Below are positions 1 to 9,924 of a DNA stretch of 36,348 nt, piece by piece; position 1 is the stretch's first letter, and each line of letters opens with the position of its first letter. A program made the position numbers and the translations under genes. The notes under the pieces are model-generated. The model did not search any database and was not told the DNA's origin. It saw only the letters and a program-made list of their open reading frames with translations. This DNA is from Gemmatimonadota bacterium (lineage in GTDB: Bacteria > Latescibacterota > UBA2968 > UBA8231). The DNA is taken from positions 1 to 36,348 of the forward strand of contig JAYPJE010000044.1 in the NCBI GenBank assembly GCA_038128265.1, in the 5' to 3' direction.

Positions 1-457
1 CGGCTTTTTCGAGGCTGACGCGCCCGGGACCGGCGGTGCCGGAAAGGAAGCCGTGGTCGACGCCGCGTCCGCCCATTTGGTTGGGACCGTGGTCGCCGAC
101 AAGTCGTTCGGCGTAGCCGCGCAGCTGGTCGGGGCCGTTGGAATGCATGCGGCCGATCAGCACAGGGCGATAGCCGCCGGCGCCCATGGCGTGGGCGAAG
201 GTGGGTATGGCAGAGTCTAGGATCTGGTTATTAGTCCACACGCCGTTTTCGTGCGGATAGCGGCCCGACAGCATGGACATGCGCGACGGCACGCAGATGG
301 GCGAGGGGCAGTAGGTATTGTCGAGTACGACGCCCTGTGCGGCCAGCGCGTCGAGGTGTGGCGTGCGCACTAGAGGGTCCCCGTAGCAGCCGTTGACGTA
401 AGGGCTATGCTGGTCGGAGTGGATGTAGAGCAGATTCGTTTGCGATGTGTCGGGCAT
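1..457 (-). CDS. Sulfatase (choline-sulfatase-like), N-terminal part; runs off the left edge
   Basis: Not in the ORF track. Hand translation from ATG at 457: MPDTSQTNLLYIHSDQH...RTPHLDALAAQGVVLDNTYCPSPICVPSRMSMLSGRYPHENGVWTN...GYRPVLIGRMH. Contains the formylglycine motif CxPxR, the SDQH metal motif and a G[K/R]xH motif. Confidence 0.9.
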   Translation of the reverse strand, partial: MPDTSQTNLLYIHSDQHSPYVNGCYGDPLVRTPHLDALAAQGVVLDNTYCPSPICVPSRMSMLSGRYPHENGVWTNNQILDSAIPTFAHAMGAGGYRPVLIGRMHSNGPDQLRGYAERLVGDHGPNQMGGRGVDHGFLSGTAGPGRVSLEKA

Positions 458-650
458 GGCGTCTCGATTTGGTTTGGGGTAGAAATTCGACAGAAGGTTA
501 CGGCCCTTCTTCGGGCTCTCCGCAGATTAAGGCGACGCTGTTTGCGCTAAGGTAGGCTGCGGTGAAAAGAGGGTCAAGATAGGATTGCCATTGCTTCTAT
601 TTTTTCGGTGATTACAAGGTAGAATTGAATGGGAGCAAGTGAGAGTGAGT

Positions 651-1409
651 ATGATCAAAATACGACGCGTTGGCATCACAGGTGCCAACGGCTCGATCGG
701 TCGCGTGCTGATGTCGGGTTTGGCAGACGAGTTTGAGCTCAAAGCGTTTTCGCGCCGCGAGGTCGAATTTCCGACAACGCTGGTGCACTTTGACCGCGCT
801 CGAGAGGTGCAAGGTGTATTCGATGGCCTCGATGCCGTGATACATCTGGCCGCCGATCCAAGTCCGATGGCGCCGTGGGAGCGCGTGCGCGAGCACAATA
901 TTGAGGCGATGTATAACGTTGTAGAGGAGTGCGTGCGCGCCCGCGTGCGCCGGCTGGTCTTCGCTTCGACCAACCATACGATGCACGGCAACAGCATACT
1001 CAGCACGCCGGAGACGCTCGATCCGCAAAAGCAGATGCGGATGAAGTTGGAAGATGCGCCCAATCCAGACTCGCTCTACGCCGTATCCAAGCTATTTGGC
1101 GAGCATCTGGGCAAGCTCTACAGCGAGCAGCGCGGCCTGTCGTTTATCGGGTTGCGCATCGGTTGGACCATACCTGAAAACGATCCGACCGTCATGCGCG
1201 GCACGTCGGCAGAAGACTATATGCGCGCTATGTTCCTCAGCCATCGCGACTGCGTGCAGGCGCACCGTCGGGCTTTGGAAGTCGATGCACGCTTTATGCT
1301 GGCGTACGTCGTTAGCAACAACGGCCGGCGCGTATTCGACCTAGAGGAGACGCGCGCCCGGCTGGGGTATGAGCCCGAGGATGACGCCGAAGCATTCTTT
1401 ACTCGATGA
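651..1409 (+). CDS. NAD(P)-dependent epimerase/dehydrogenase, uronate dehydrogenase-like SDR
   Basis: TGANGSIG, IHLAA, FASTNH, YAVSK and LRIG motifs. ATG at 651 preferred over GTG at 639. Confidence 0.85.
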   Translation: MIKIRRVGITGANGSIGRVLMSGLADEFELKAFSRREVEFPTTLVHFDRAREVQGVFDGLDAVIHLAADPSPMAPWERVREHNIEAMYNVVEECVRARVRRLVFASTNHTMHGNSILSTPETLDPQKQMRMKLEDAPNPDSLYAVSKLFGEHLGKLYSEQRGLSFIGLRIGWTIPENDPTVMRGTSAEDYMRAMFLSHRDCVQAHRRALEVDARFMLAYVVSNNGRRVFDLEETRARLGYEPEDDAEAFFTR

Positions 1410-2155
1410 GTGCACGGCGCGATTACGCCCAGCTGCTGCAGCGCATAGAGGCACTTCAAGGTCCGCAGTACGAGCATCACATTCTGGCTGAGATTGCCGG
1501 TTATCCCATCGCGCTCGTGCGCCGTGCTCTGCGCGACGACGTGCCCACGGCCTTTCTCAGCGGGGGCACGCACGGTGATGAGCCGGCCGGCGTAGAGGCG
1601 GCCATGGCCTTTTTACAGCGCGATATTTCCCCCTGGCTTGAGCACCTTAGCTTTGAAGTTCTCGTTTGCCTGAATGCTCATGGCTATGTCCACAACGCGC
1701 GAAACAATGCGCAAGACGTGGATGTCAACTGGGCATGGGCGAGGGAGGACGTGCTGGAAGTTCAGGCGGTCAAGGAGTGGGTGCGCGATCGCCGCTTTGA
1801 GTTCGTGTGCGATTTTCACGAAGACTGGGAGAGTCCGGGGTTCTACCTATATGAGATGCGACGCGATGCACCTGTAGTGAGCGAGCGAATAATCGCAGCC
1901 GTCGAACAGGTCTGCCCGCTCAATCTTAGCGACGAAATAGAGGGAATGAAAGCGGTGCGAGGTATCGTGCAAGCCGACAATGAACGGGCAGAGCGCTTGC
2001 GGGGAAAGGGCATTCCCATTGAGCTATACAATGGCTATACGGATCACCTGTTGACGCTAGAATCGCCAACGGAGCGACCGCTGACGACGCGAGTCGCTGC
2101 GCATATGGCCGCGTTGGACGTCGTAGTAGCGGCACATTTGCCCCCGGATAGCTGA
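1406..2155 (+). CDS. M14 family Zn-carboxypeptidase / succinylglutamate desuccinylase-aspartoacylase-like hydrolase
   Basis: GTHGDEPAG (HxxE), LNAHG...RNN, DFHE and TLE motifs. ATGA overlap with the upstream gene. Confidence 0.85.
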   Translation: MSARRDYAQLLQRIEALQGPQYEHHILAEIAGYPIALVRRALRDDVPTAFLSGGTHGDEPAGVEAAMAFLQRDISPWLEHLSFEVLVCLNAHGYVHNARNNAQDVDVNWAWAREDVLEVQAVKEWVRDRRFEFVCDFHEDWESPGFYLYEMRRDAPVVSERIIAAVEQVCPLNLSDEIEGMKAVRGIVQADNERAERLRGKGIPIELYNGYTDHLLTLESPTERPLTTRVAAHMAALDVVVAAHLPPDS

Positions 2156-2173
2156 AGCGTCAGATTATGAGCG

Positions 2174-2179
2174 TATAAT
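2174..2179 (+). promoter_or_regulatory. Candidate -10 element upstream of the GT-C gene
   Basis: TATAAT in the intergenic gap; no convincing -35. Confidence 0.35.
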
Positions 2180-2227
2180 GGCCTGTCGCGCCCTTCAGCT
2201 TGTTTTCCCATACCGATTGTTTCTGGA

Positions 2228-3877
2228 ATGAAAGAGAGCCGTCAAAAAAAGAGGCACGCCGCTCGCGAGCGTTCGGTGACTATCGAAAGTGCGCCGTCGC
2301 TGCAAGAGCGCTTTTGCGCCTACGCCGATAGCCCGCAGGGTCTGCGCGTCCTGCCGGCACTCGTCGTTCTGTGCACGCTGCTTATCGGAAGCTGGACCTT
2401 TGACCCAAAGCTCTCGCTGAGCGGCGATAACGCCGAGTTTATTACGCTGGCGCGCAGCCTGGCCCAGGGTGAGGGGTTGGTGCATATCAACTCGCCCGAT
2501 CCGCAGCCGGCGACCAAGTACCCGTTTGGTTTTCCCCTCTTGCTCGCTCCTGTCGAACTGCTCTTTCCCGGTGAGTGGACGCCGATGAAGGCGTGGGTGC
2601 TGGTGCTCTTTTCCCTCGGTATGGGCGCGCTGTATCTGCTCGCCCGCGATGCATTGGGCGCGCTGCCTGCGCTAGCGGTGGTCGCACTGAGTCTGACGGC
2701 TGGTCAGAGCTACCTTACGACGGGTCCAGATGGACACGTATTTGGCCCGTTGCTGCTGCACTTTTCGCATCAGGTGATGTCAGAGGCGCCGTTTCTCGCG
2801 GTGTCGTTGGCCGCTCTGTGGCTGCTGCAGCGCGGTATTGCGCGCGAGGGCGTGCTGGATAACCGGTATCTCATAGGCGGTTTTGTCTGCGCCATGTTGG
2901 CCTATTATATCCGCAGCGTAGGCATCGCGCTGTTGGCTGCTACGATTGTTTATTTGCTGCTGCAGCGCGATCTGCGCCGCGGTCTGATTTTTGCCGGCGC
3001 TTCTTTTGTCGCTTGGCTTCCGTGGACGCTGCGCAATCGCGCCGTGGGCAGTGGCGGCGTGTATGTCACGCAGCTGATTCAGGTAAATCCATACTATCCC
3101 GACCGGGGTATGCTCGACTTTGCCGGCGTAATAGACCGCTTATTGGGCAATGGGTCGGCCTATCTCAACGTCGAATTGCCGCGCCTGCTGTGGCCTTTTT
3201 TTTCGGGTGGAGGTGAGTTTGGGCCGGTTGCTGTTTTCGTGCTTATCCTGGCCGCCTATACGCTGATGCAGGCGCTGCGCTTTCGTCGCGATATGCTGCT
3301 AGTACTCTACACCGCTTTTACGATTGGCGTGGCTCTGCTGTGGTTTTGGGTTGACGCGCGCTTTCTCTTTGGCGTCGTGCCGCTGCTTGTCTACTTTGCC
3401 GTGCGCGCGGTTAACGATCTGGCCGGCGGACTGTCGGCGCACGGCGGACTTTGGACGGGGCGTGCGCTGCGCTGGGGGTTGTTGCTGTCCGTTGCTTGGG
3501 GACAGGTGCCGGGCGTGGCGCGCTTGGCCGAATACGCGCGCGCTGACTATCCGCCGGCGTGGAGCCGCTACTACCAGGCGGGTCAGTGGCTTAAAGAACA
3601 CGCTGCCGACGACGCCATTGTGCTGTGTCGCAAGGGTTATTGGATGTATATCGTGTCGGGGCGACGCTGCGTTGGCTTTCCCTTCGAAAGTCCCGGTGCC
3701 GTGCTGGCCCATATGGAGCGCGAAAAAGTCGACTACGTCGTCTTGGAAAGCCTCGGCTTTGCGCAGACGGCGCAGTATCTGGTGCCCGCTGTCAACGAGC
3801 GCTTAGACCTGTTTGAAATTGTGTGGAAAAATGAAGCCGTCCCCACATACGTGCTGAAGTTTAACGGCTCTTCATAG
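2228..3877 (+). CDS. GT-C fold membrane glycosyltransferase (ArnT/PMT_2, GT39/83-like)
   Basis: Many hydrophobic helices, GDNAEF acidic first loop, KYPFGFP, VMSEAPF, YYIR and RFL motifs, and a soluble C-terminal domain (WLKEH...DYVVL). Confidence 0.75.
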   Translation: MKESRQKKRHAARERSVTIESAPSLQERFCAYADSPQGLRVLPALVVLCTLLIGSWTFDPKLSLSGDNAEFITLARSLAQGEGLVHINSPDPQPATKYPFGFPLLLAPVELLFPGEWTPMKAWVLVLFSLGMGALYLLARDALGALPALAVVALSLTAGQSYLTTGPDGHVFGPLLLHFSHQVMSEAPFLAVSLAALWLLQRGIAREGVLDNRYLIGGFVCAMLAYYIRSVGIALLAATIVYLLLQRDLRRGLIFAGASFVAWLPWTLRNRAVGSGGVYVTQLIQVNPYYPDRGMLDFAGVIDRLLGNGSAYLNVELPRLLWPFFSGGGEFGPVAVFVLILAAYTLMQALRFRRDMLLVLYTAFTIGVALLWFWVDARFLFGVVPLLVYFAVRAVNDLAGGLSAHGGLWTGRALRWGLLLSVAWGQVPGVARLAEYARADYPPAWSRYYQAGQWLKEHAADDAIVLCRKGYWMYIVSGRRCVGFPFESPGAVLAHMEREKVDYVVLESLGFAQTAQYLVPAVNERLDLFEIVWKNEAVPTYVLKFNGSS

Positions 3878-3890
3878 CGCTCAAGAGCGC

Positions 3891-3920
3891 TTGCCTCGCC
3901 TGCGCGACGAGCCCTATATT
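3891..3920 (+). promoter_or_regulatory. Candidate sigma70-type promoter
   Basis: TTGCCT-N18-TATATT in the gap before the CDS at 3937. Confidence 0.45.
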
Positions 3921-3936
3921 TAGCATCCGCGCGCTC

Positions 3937-5859
3937 GTGTTCCCTCAAAAAAGTCGACTCTGCGTGTCCAATCGCTTTGCCCTATTGGGTCCCTTCCTAT
4001 CGTATGCGCTGCTCAGTCTGGTCTTTACCTACCCGCTGGTCGCCCACCTAACTACGCACGTGCCGGGACAGCTCGAAGGCGATGTGCCCGTCTATATCTG
4101 GAATTTGTGGTGGATGAAGCACTCGTTAATAGAGTGGCATTCGCCGCTGTTTAGCGAACATATATTTGCACCGTACGGCGTTTCGCTGGCCTTTCACGCC
4201 TTCGTGTTTTTGAAGGCATTTATGGCCGTGCCGTTACAGGCTATAACCACGGCTTGGACATCCTATAACCTGCTCATTCTCTTCACATTTACCATGGCCG
4301 GTTTTGCCATGTTCCTGCTGGCGCGCGCGCTGACGGGCGATGCGCCGGCCGCTTGGGTTGCGGGCACTGCCTATGCTTTCAGTCCCTATATGTTAACGCG
4401 CGGACTGGGGCATTTAAACTACCTGAGCGGCGAGTGGATGCCGCTCTATATCCTATGCCTGATCAAGCTGGTTGAGTCGGCAGAACGGCGCTGGGCGCTG
4501 TCCGGCAGCGTCTTTCTGCTGCTGACGGCCTATTGCGAATACTACTATCTGATCTATCTGACGCTCTTTACGGCGTTCTATATGGCGTGGTGCTGGGCGC
4601 GGCAACGAGAGAAGATTTTCAACGTTCAATTTGCTCAGAACTTTCTGCTTATGGGTGGGCTCAGTGCGCTGGGATTTGCTCCTATACTGAGCGTGCTGTT
4701 GGGCGGCGGACAGAGCGACTACCTCTACGGTGGATGGGGTGCGACGGCCAAGCTGGGCGCCGATGCGCTGGCCTTTATCGTGCCGCCGCCGGGCTCGCTA
4801 CTGTACGGCGATATCGGTGCGCCGTTGTACAAAGTGTTCTCGGGAGGCAACGCCATAGAGGGAACCGTTTTTACCGGCTTTGTTGCTCTTGCGCTCGTCG
4901 CGTTTGCGCTCGTCCGTTTGCGCACGAACGAAGCCGTGCGGCCCTGGCTGTGGATCGCTCTGGCTTTTTTCGTGCTGTCGCTGGGGCCACTGCTGCATAT
5001 TGGAGGCGACTTCGTCTTCGGAGGAGGACCGCTGCGCGTTGCGGTACCCTTGCCCTATATTGGCCTGCGCTTTATGCCGCTCATTAAAGGGGCGCGCGTG
5101 CCGGCGCGCTTCGACATTATGGTGGCGCTGTGCATAGCGGTGCTCATCGCGTTTGCGCTGTGGCATGCGCGCGCGCGCTGGCAGCACGCCAATCGCTGGA
5201 CTGCGCTCGTTGCCATTCTGCTGTGCCTGGAGTACCTTAGATTGCCCTATCCAATAGCTCCTGTGAGCGTGCCGAGCGCCTACGAAGAAGTGGCGCGCGA
5301 CCCGCGCGATGTGGCCGTTTTAGACGTGCCGCTGGGTTGGCGCACGGGATGGGGGGATACGGGGCGCACGTTCGACCATCAGCAATTGTATCAGATTGTG
5401 CACGGCAAGCGCCTTATCGGTGGTTTCGCCTCGCGCGTGCCCGAAGAAGAGCTGCAGCGCATGCTAGCCCTACCGGGTGTAGGTGAGCTGCTGGCTCTAC
5501 AGGAAGAGCTTCCCGCTGCGACGGCGCCGACGGCGGCGCGGCGCGGAGCCATTCGCGCCCAGCTGGTAGAACTGCTCGACCATCTGCCCGCATTCGTGCG
5601 CCAGCGCGTGCTGCGCGATGCTTCGGTTGCCAACTTTCTCGCCAGTACGTCTGCCGAGCAGCAGCGCGTGCAGGAAGCACCGCGCGTGGGGCGGCTAGAG
5701 CAGCTAGTAGAAGAAGCCGGGCTGGGGTATGTATTTTTGCACCCTCCGTACAGCGCTTCTGACCCAATCCGGCGCTACGTGGAAGAGGGGCTGTCGGTGG
5801 AGAAGTTTTACGAGCGCGACGGGCTGATTGGCTACCGAGTCGTCGAAACACATCGCTGA
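3937..5859 (+). CDS. Polytopic membrane protein, YfhO-like / GT-C fold glycosyltransferase
   Basis: GD..VYIWNLWW, AYAFSPY, GHLN, LSLGP, RVPARF and QIVHGKRLIGGF motifs; about 12 hydrophobic segments. Start may be GTG at 3964. Confidence 0.7.
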   Translation: MFPQKSRLCVSNRFALLGPFLSYALLSLVFTYPLVAHLTTHVPGQLEGDVPVYIWNLWWMKHSLIEWHSPLFSEHIFAPYGVSLAFHAFVFLKAFMAVPLQAITTAWTSYNLLILFTFTMAGFAMFLLARALTGDAPAAWVAGTAYAFSPYMLTRGLGHLNYLSGEWMPLYILCLIKLVESAERRWALSGSVFLLLTAYCEYYYLIYLTLFTAFYMAWCWARQREKIFNVQFAQNFLLMGGLSALGFAPILSVLLGGGQSDYLYGGWGATAKLGADALAFIVPPPGSLLYGDIGAPLYKVFSGGNAIEGTVFTGFVALALVAFALVRLRTNEAVRPWLWIALAFFVLSLGPLLHIGGDFVFGGGPLRVAVPLPYIGLRFMPLIKGARVPARFDIMVALCIAVLIAFALWHARARWQHANRWTALVAILLCLEYLRLPYPIAPVSVPSAYEEVARDPRDVAVLDVPLGWRTGWGDTGRTFDHQQLYQIVHGKRLIGGFASRVPEEELQRMLALPGVGELLALQEELPAATAPTAARRGAIRAQLVELLDHLPAFVRQRVLRDASVANFLASTSAEQQRVQEAPRVGRLEQLVEEAGLGYVFLHPPYSASDPIRRYVEEGLSVEKFYERDGLIGYRVVETHR

Positions 5860-5867
5860 GGATACGA

Positions 5868-6596
5868 GTGGAAACCGGAGCGCAAAAAGAGCCGAAATTA
5901 TATGTCGTCATTCCGGCGCTCAACGAAGAGGACAATATCGTGCGCACGCTCGAGCAAATCGAGGCCGTCGTCGATTGGTCGCACGAGATCATTGTCGTCA
6001 ACGACCATTCGACGGATGGCACGGAAGATGTCGTGCGCGCCTTTGGCCAGCAGCATCCACACGTTCGCGTGGTCAACAACGAGGGCGATAGGGGCTTTAG
6101 CAACGCGCTCAAAGTGGGGTATGCGGCGGCGGGTGATGGCGCGATCGTGACGATGATGGCGGATCTGTGCGACGATCCGCATACGCTCAAGCATATGTAC
6201 GAAAAAATTCTTGAAGGCTACGACGTCGTATGCGGTTCGCGCTATATGCCGGGCGGCGGCAAAGAGCGCGAGGACAGCGAAGTGAAGGGCGCGCTATCGC
6301 GCTTTGTCGGCCTGTCGCTGCGCAGGCTCGTCGGCGTGCCGACGCACGATGCGACCAATGCTTTTAAAATGTACCGAAGTCAAACGATTAAGAACATACC
6401 TATTGAAGAGGCGGGTTTTGCCTGTTCAATGGAGATTACCGTAAAGGCCTTTTTGCGCGGGGCGCGCATTACGGAAGTGCCGACGGTATGGCAGGGGCGG
6501 ACGGCCGGCAAGTCGAAGTTCAGCATGCTGAAAGGCGGTAAGGACTATCTGCGCTGGTATATATGGGCCGTCCTGCTGCGGAAGCACAAATTCTAG
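5868..6596 (+). CDS. GT2 glycosyltransferase, DPM1-like (polyprenol-phosphate sugar synthase)
   Basis: VVIPALNEE, VNDHSTDGT, MMADLCDDP, GSRY, DATNAFK and EVP..WQGR..GKSK motifs. Confidence 0.9.
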   Translation: METGAQKEPKLYVVIPALNEEDNIVRTLEQIEAVVDWSHEIIVVNDHSTDGTEDVVRAFGQQHPHVRVVNNEGDRGFSNALKVGYAAAGDGAIVTMMADLCDDPHTLKHMYEKILEGYDVVCGSRYMPGGGKEREDSEVKGALSRFVGLSLRRLVGVPTHDATNAFKMYRSQTIKNIPIEEAGFACSMEITVKAFLRGARITEVPTVWQGRTAGKSKFSMLKGGKDYLRWYIWAVLLRKHKF

Positions 6597-7664
6597 CTAA
6601 ACGCCCTCTTTCTCGCGCGTAGCCGCAACGATTTCCTCTAAAATACGCTCTATGTCGTACTCGTACTGCCAGGCGGGGTAGTGCGCCTGAAATTTGCGCA
6701 CGTCACTGATCCACCAGATGTGATCGCCCGAGCGCGCTTCGTCGGATAGCGTGTAGGCCAGTTCTCTATCGGCTAGACGCTGCGCGATGTGGATCGCCTC
6801 TAGCATAGAGCAGTTGCTGTGGCGTCCACCGCCCATATTGTAGACTTCGCCGCAGCGCGGATTCTCTACGAAGTGCCAGAAGGCGCTGACCAAATCGTGG
6901 CTGTGGATATTGTCGCGCACCTGCTTGCCCTTATATCCGAAAATGGTGTAGGGGCGACCAATGACGATGCACTTGACTAAGTAGGCGAGAAATCCGTGCA
7001 ACTCGGCGGCCGAGTGCGCGGGGCCCGTCAGGCAGCCGCCGCGAAAAGCCGCCGTTTTAATGCCAAAGTAGCGACCGTATTCCTGTACGAGCACGTCGGC
7101 AGCGACTTTCGACGCGCCGAATAGGCTGTGCTTGGACTGGTCGATACGCATCATTTCGTCGATGCCATGTGTGTAATAAGGATGGTCTTCGGCGATTTCC
7201 CAGCGCGTTTCGCACTCGACCAGAGGCAGTTCGTTGGGCGCGTCGCCGTAGACCTTGTTGGTGCTGGTAAAGATAAAGGCCGCATCGGGGCAGTGCTTGC
7301 GCGTAGCTTCGAGCACGTTGAGTGTGCCGTTGGCGTTGACGCTGAAGTCGGTCAGAGGTTCGCGTGCTGCCCAGTCGTGCGAAGGCTGAGCCGCTGCGTG
7401 TATGACAACGGAGATGGCGCTGCCGCACTCGGCAAAGAGTTGGTCGATGCCCGCTTCATCGCGGATGTCGATGGCGCGGTGGTGGTAGTTCCTCAGCGAC
7501 GATTCGAGCGCCTCGCGATTCCACTGGGTAGAGCCGTCCTCGCCAAAGAAGTAGGCGCGCATATTGTTGTCGACGCCGATGATGTCCAGGCCTTTTTCGT
7601 GAAAGAACTTGCACGATTCGCTGCCGATTAGGCCGGCTGAACCGGTGATAAGGGCAATGCTCAT
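6597..7664 (-). CDS. NAD-dependent epimerase/dehydratase, CDP-paratose 2-epimerase (RfbE)-like; catalytic Tyr position is Phe
   Basis: [32 protein letters not shown] and GKQVRD motifs. Confidence 0.85.
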   Translation of the reverse strand: MSIALITGSAGLIGSESCKFFHEKGLDIIGVDNNMRAYFFGEDGSTQWNREALESSLRNYHHRAIDIRDEAGIDQLFAECGSAISVVIHAAAQPSHDWAAREPLTDFSVNANGTLNVLEATRKHCPDAAFIFTSTNKVYGDAPNELPLVECETRWEIAEDHPYYTHGIDEMMRIDQSKHSLFGASKVAADVLVQEYGRYFGIKTAAFRGGCLTGPAHSAAELHGFLAYLVKCIVIGRPYTIFGYKGKQVRDNIHSHDLVSAFWHFVENPRCGEVYNMGGGRHSNCSMLEAIHIAQRLADRELAYTLSDEARSGDHIWWISDVRKFQAHYPAWQYEYDIERILEEIVAATREKEGV

Positions 7665-7675
7665 AGACCGTTTTC

Positions 7676-8743
7676 CTAGGTGAAGATGCCGCTGACGAGG
7701 TCGCGGTGGGCGCTGAGCCAGGCGTAAATGTCGGCGGCAATATCGCGCGGGGTTCGCTCAGGCATCCAGCCAAATGTGCGCGTAGCCTTTGCGTGGTCGC
7801 TCACATAGTAGGGCAGGTCGAGCTGGCGCGTTTCTGGGATGGAGCCAATCTCGATCTGTCGACCGGTAATCTCTTCGCAGAGGGCGGTGTACTCTACGAG
7901 CGACGTCGAACCGCGCAGCCCACCGCCGGCGTTAAAGACGTCGCCGGCGTGCGCTGCCAGCAGAGGGGCCTGCGCTTCGAGCAGGGCAAATAGGTCGGCC
8001 GGGTGCATGAGATCGCGCACCTGTTTACCGGTGCCGCCAAAGCCCATGTAGTTGAGGCGCTGGCCGAAGTAGTGGGCAGCGACCCACAGCGTGTAGACGC
8101 CCTGGTCGACCTTGCCCCACTGGCCCGGTCCAGCGATAACCCCGCAGCGATTGATCAACGCGTGCAGGTTGTACATAGCGCAGTATTCTTGGACAAAAAG
8201 CTCGGATGCCAACTTGGTAGCGCCATACAGCGAGCGAAATTGCGCGGTGTCAAACGTCTCAGCTAGGCCGTTTGCCGACAGGCCTTCGGGCAGATCGGCG
8301 CCCTCGTCGACTGTTAGGCGAGTCGCTTCTTCGCGCAGAGGTATGGCCCGCTGTGCGGGGACCGAGTAGACGCGCGAAGTCGATAGCAGGATCATGCCAC
8401 CACAGCGTCGACGGGCAAACTCCAGACTGTTGAGGGTGCCGACTAGATTGGTGTTGAGCACGTAGTGCGGTGCAGAATCGGCACCTGCATGGGCCGACGG
8501 TTCGGCGGCCGCGTCGATAAATAGATCGAATTCGCCCTGCACATCGCTTAGGTCGTCTGCCGTGCGCACGTCGCCGTGGACAAATTCGATATTTAGCGCT
8601 TTAAAGTCGGGCAGGTTGAGCTCAGCGCCGCGCCGCTTGAGGTTGTCAAAGGCGACAATGCGGCGCGTCGGGTACTTCTCGCGATAGCGCCGCGCCAGGC
8701 TGGATCCGACAAAGCCGGCCCCTCCACTGATAAAGAGGCTCAA
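7676..8743 (-). CDS. NAD-dependent epimerase/dehydratase, RfbE-like paralogue
   Basis: [34 protein letters not shown] and GKQVRD motifs. Confidence 0.85.
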   Translation of the reverse strand: MSLFISGGAGFVGSSLARRYREKYPTRRIVAFDNLKRRGAELNLPDFKALNIEFVHGDVRTADDLSDVQGEFDLFIDAAAEPSAHAGADSAPHYVLNTNLVGTLNSLEFARRRCGGMILLSTSRVYSVPAQRAIPLREEATRLTVDEGADLPEGLSANGLAETFDTAQFRSLYGATKLASELFVQEYCAMYNLHALINRCGVIAGPGQWGKVDQGVYTLWVAAHYFGQRLNYMGFGGTGKQVRDLMHPADLFALLEAQAPLLAAHAGDVFNAGGGLRGSTSLVEYTALCEEITGRQIEIGSIPETRQLDLPYYVSDHAKATRTFGWMPERTPRDIAADIYAWLSAHRDLVSGIFT

Positions 8744-9738
8744 GCGCCTGCCTTTGGCACGGGAGCGCTGTCGTGTAGCAGGTGTTCGGTCTGCAACTCG
8801 TCCCAGAAATCGGCGGGGATGTCCTGCGTCAGCAGGTTGAAGTTCTCCTCGACGCGCGCGGGCTGCCGCGTGCCGGGAATAATGCAGGTGATGGCCGGAT
8901 GGGCAAATACAAATTGCGATGCAGCTGCCTTCACGTCGACGCCGTGGCGTTCGGCGACCGCTTCAATGGCCTGCGCCTTTTGCATGATATCCGTGGGGGC
9001 TTCGCCGTAGTTGTAGGTGGCACCGGGTTTGGCGCCCTTGGCCAAGATGCCGCTGTTGTAGGTGCCGCCCGCCATGATGCCGATGTTTTTTTCCACGCAG
9101 AGGGGCAGTAGCTCGTCGAGGGCGCTCTGGTCTAATAGGCTGTAGCGACCGGCTAGTAGAAAGCAGTCGAAATCACCTCCGCGGGCAAAGCGCGCGAGCA
9201 TTTCCCACTGGTTCATGCCCGCGCTCACGGCGCGAATCACCCCCTGCGAGCGCAGCGCGTCGAGGGCGGGATAGGCGCCGTCGATAGCTTCTTGCCAGTG
9301 GTTGTCGGGGTCGTGTATGTGCAAGATATCGATGCGCTCCACGCCCAGGCGTTCAAGGCTCTCTTCTAGGGAGCGCATGACGCCGTCGTAGCTAAAGTCA
9401 AACACGGGTTTGAACGGTGGAGGATCGCCGAAGATCGACTGACCGCGCTCGTCGCCCTCACTCGGCACCAAGAGGCGACCAACCTTGGATGCCAGCACGT
9501 ACGAATCGCGCGCAACGCCCTGCAGGGCCTGACCGAGGCGCTGCTCGCTCTTGCCCGAGCCGTACAGGGGCGCCGTATCGAATAGGTTGAGCCCTAAATC
9601 CAGCGCTTTGTGAACGACCTGCGTAGCCTGCTCGTCCGGAATATCGCCGTAGAGTCCGCCGATGGCCGCGCAGCCGAGGCCGAGGCGGGTTACTTCGAGC
9701 CCGCTGCTGCCCAAAGTGGTTTTTTCCAAGGGTCGCAT
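8740..9738 (-). CDS. Aldo/keto reductase (D-threo-aldose/L-fucose dehydrogenase-like)
   Basis: LGLG, FDTAPLYG.GKSE, SKVGR, FDFSYDG, IHDPD and LAGRYSLL motifs. GGGAGG RBS upstream. Confidence 0.9.
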   Translation of the reverse strand: MRPLEKTTLGSSGLEVTRLGLGCAAIGGLYGDIPDEQATQVVHKALDLGLNLFDTAPLYGSGKSEQRLGQALQGVARDSYVLASKVGRLLVPSEGDERGQSIFGDPPPFKPVFDFSYDGVMRSLEESLERLGVERIDILHIHDPDNHWQEAIDGAYPALDALRSQGVIRAVSAGMNQWEMLARFARGGDFDCFLLAGRYSLLDQSALDELLPLCVEKNIGIMAGGTYNSGILAKGAKPGATYNYGEAPTDIMQKAQAIEAVAERHGVDVKAAASQFVFAHPAITCIIPGTRQPARVEENFNLLTQDIPADFWDELQTEHLLHDSAPVPKAGA

Positions 9739-9815
9739 GGGACCTCCCCCGTTTCGTGTGCTGAACAGATAATATACACCATCGTAAAATGGGGGAAAGG
9801 TGCAAAGGCTGCTGC

Positions 9816-9844
9816 TTGACGTCCGCTGGGGGATGGCGTAGATT
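9816..9844 (+). promoter_or_regulatory. sigma70-type promoter for the 9925..16518 gene run
   Basis: TTGACG-N17-TAGATT in an AT-rich divergent intergenic region. Confidence 0.6.
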
Positions 9845-9924
9845 AAAAAATCTTTTTCTGAAGTCAGAAATAGTTGAATATAAATGAGATGTGATGCGTT
9901 AGAGCACTCGTCGAATGGGATTTT

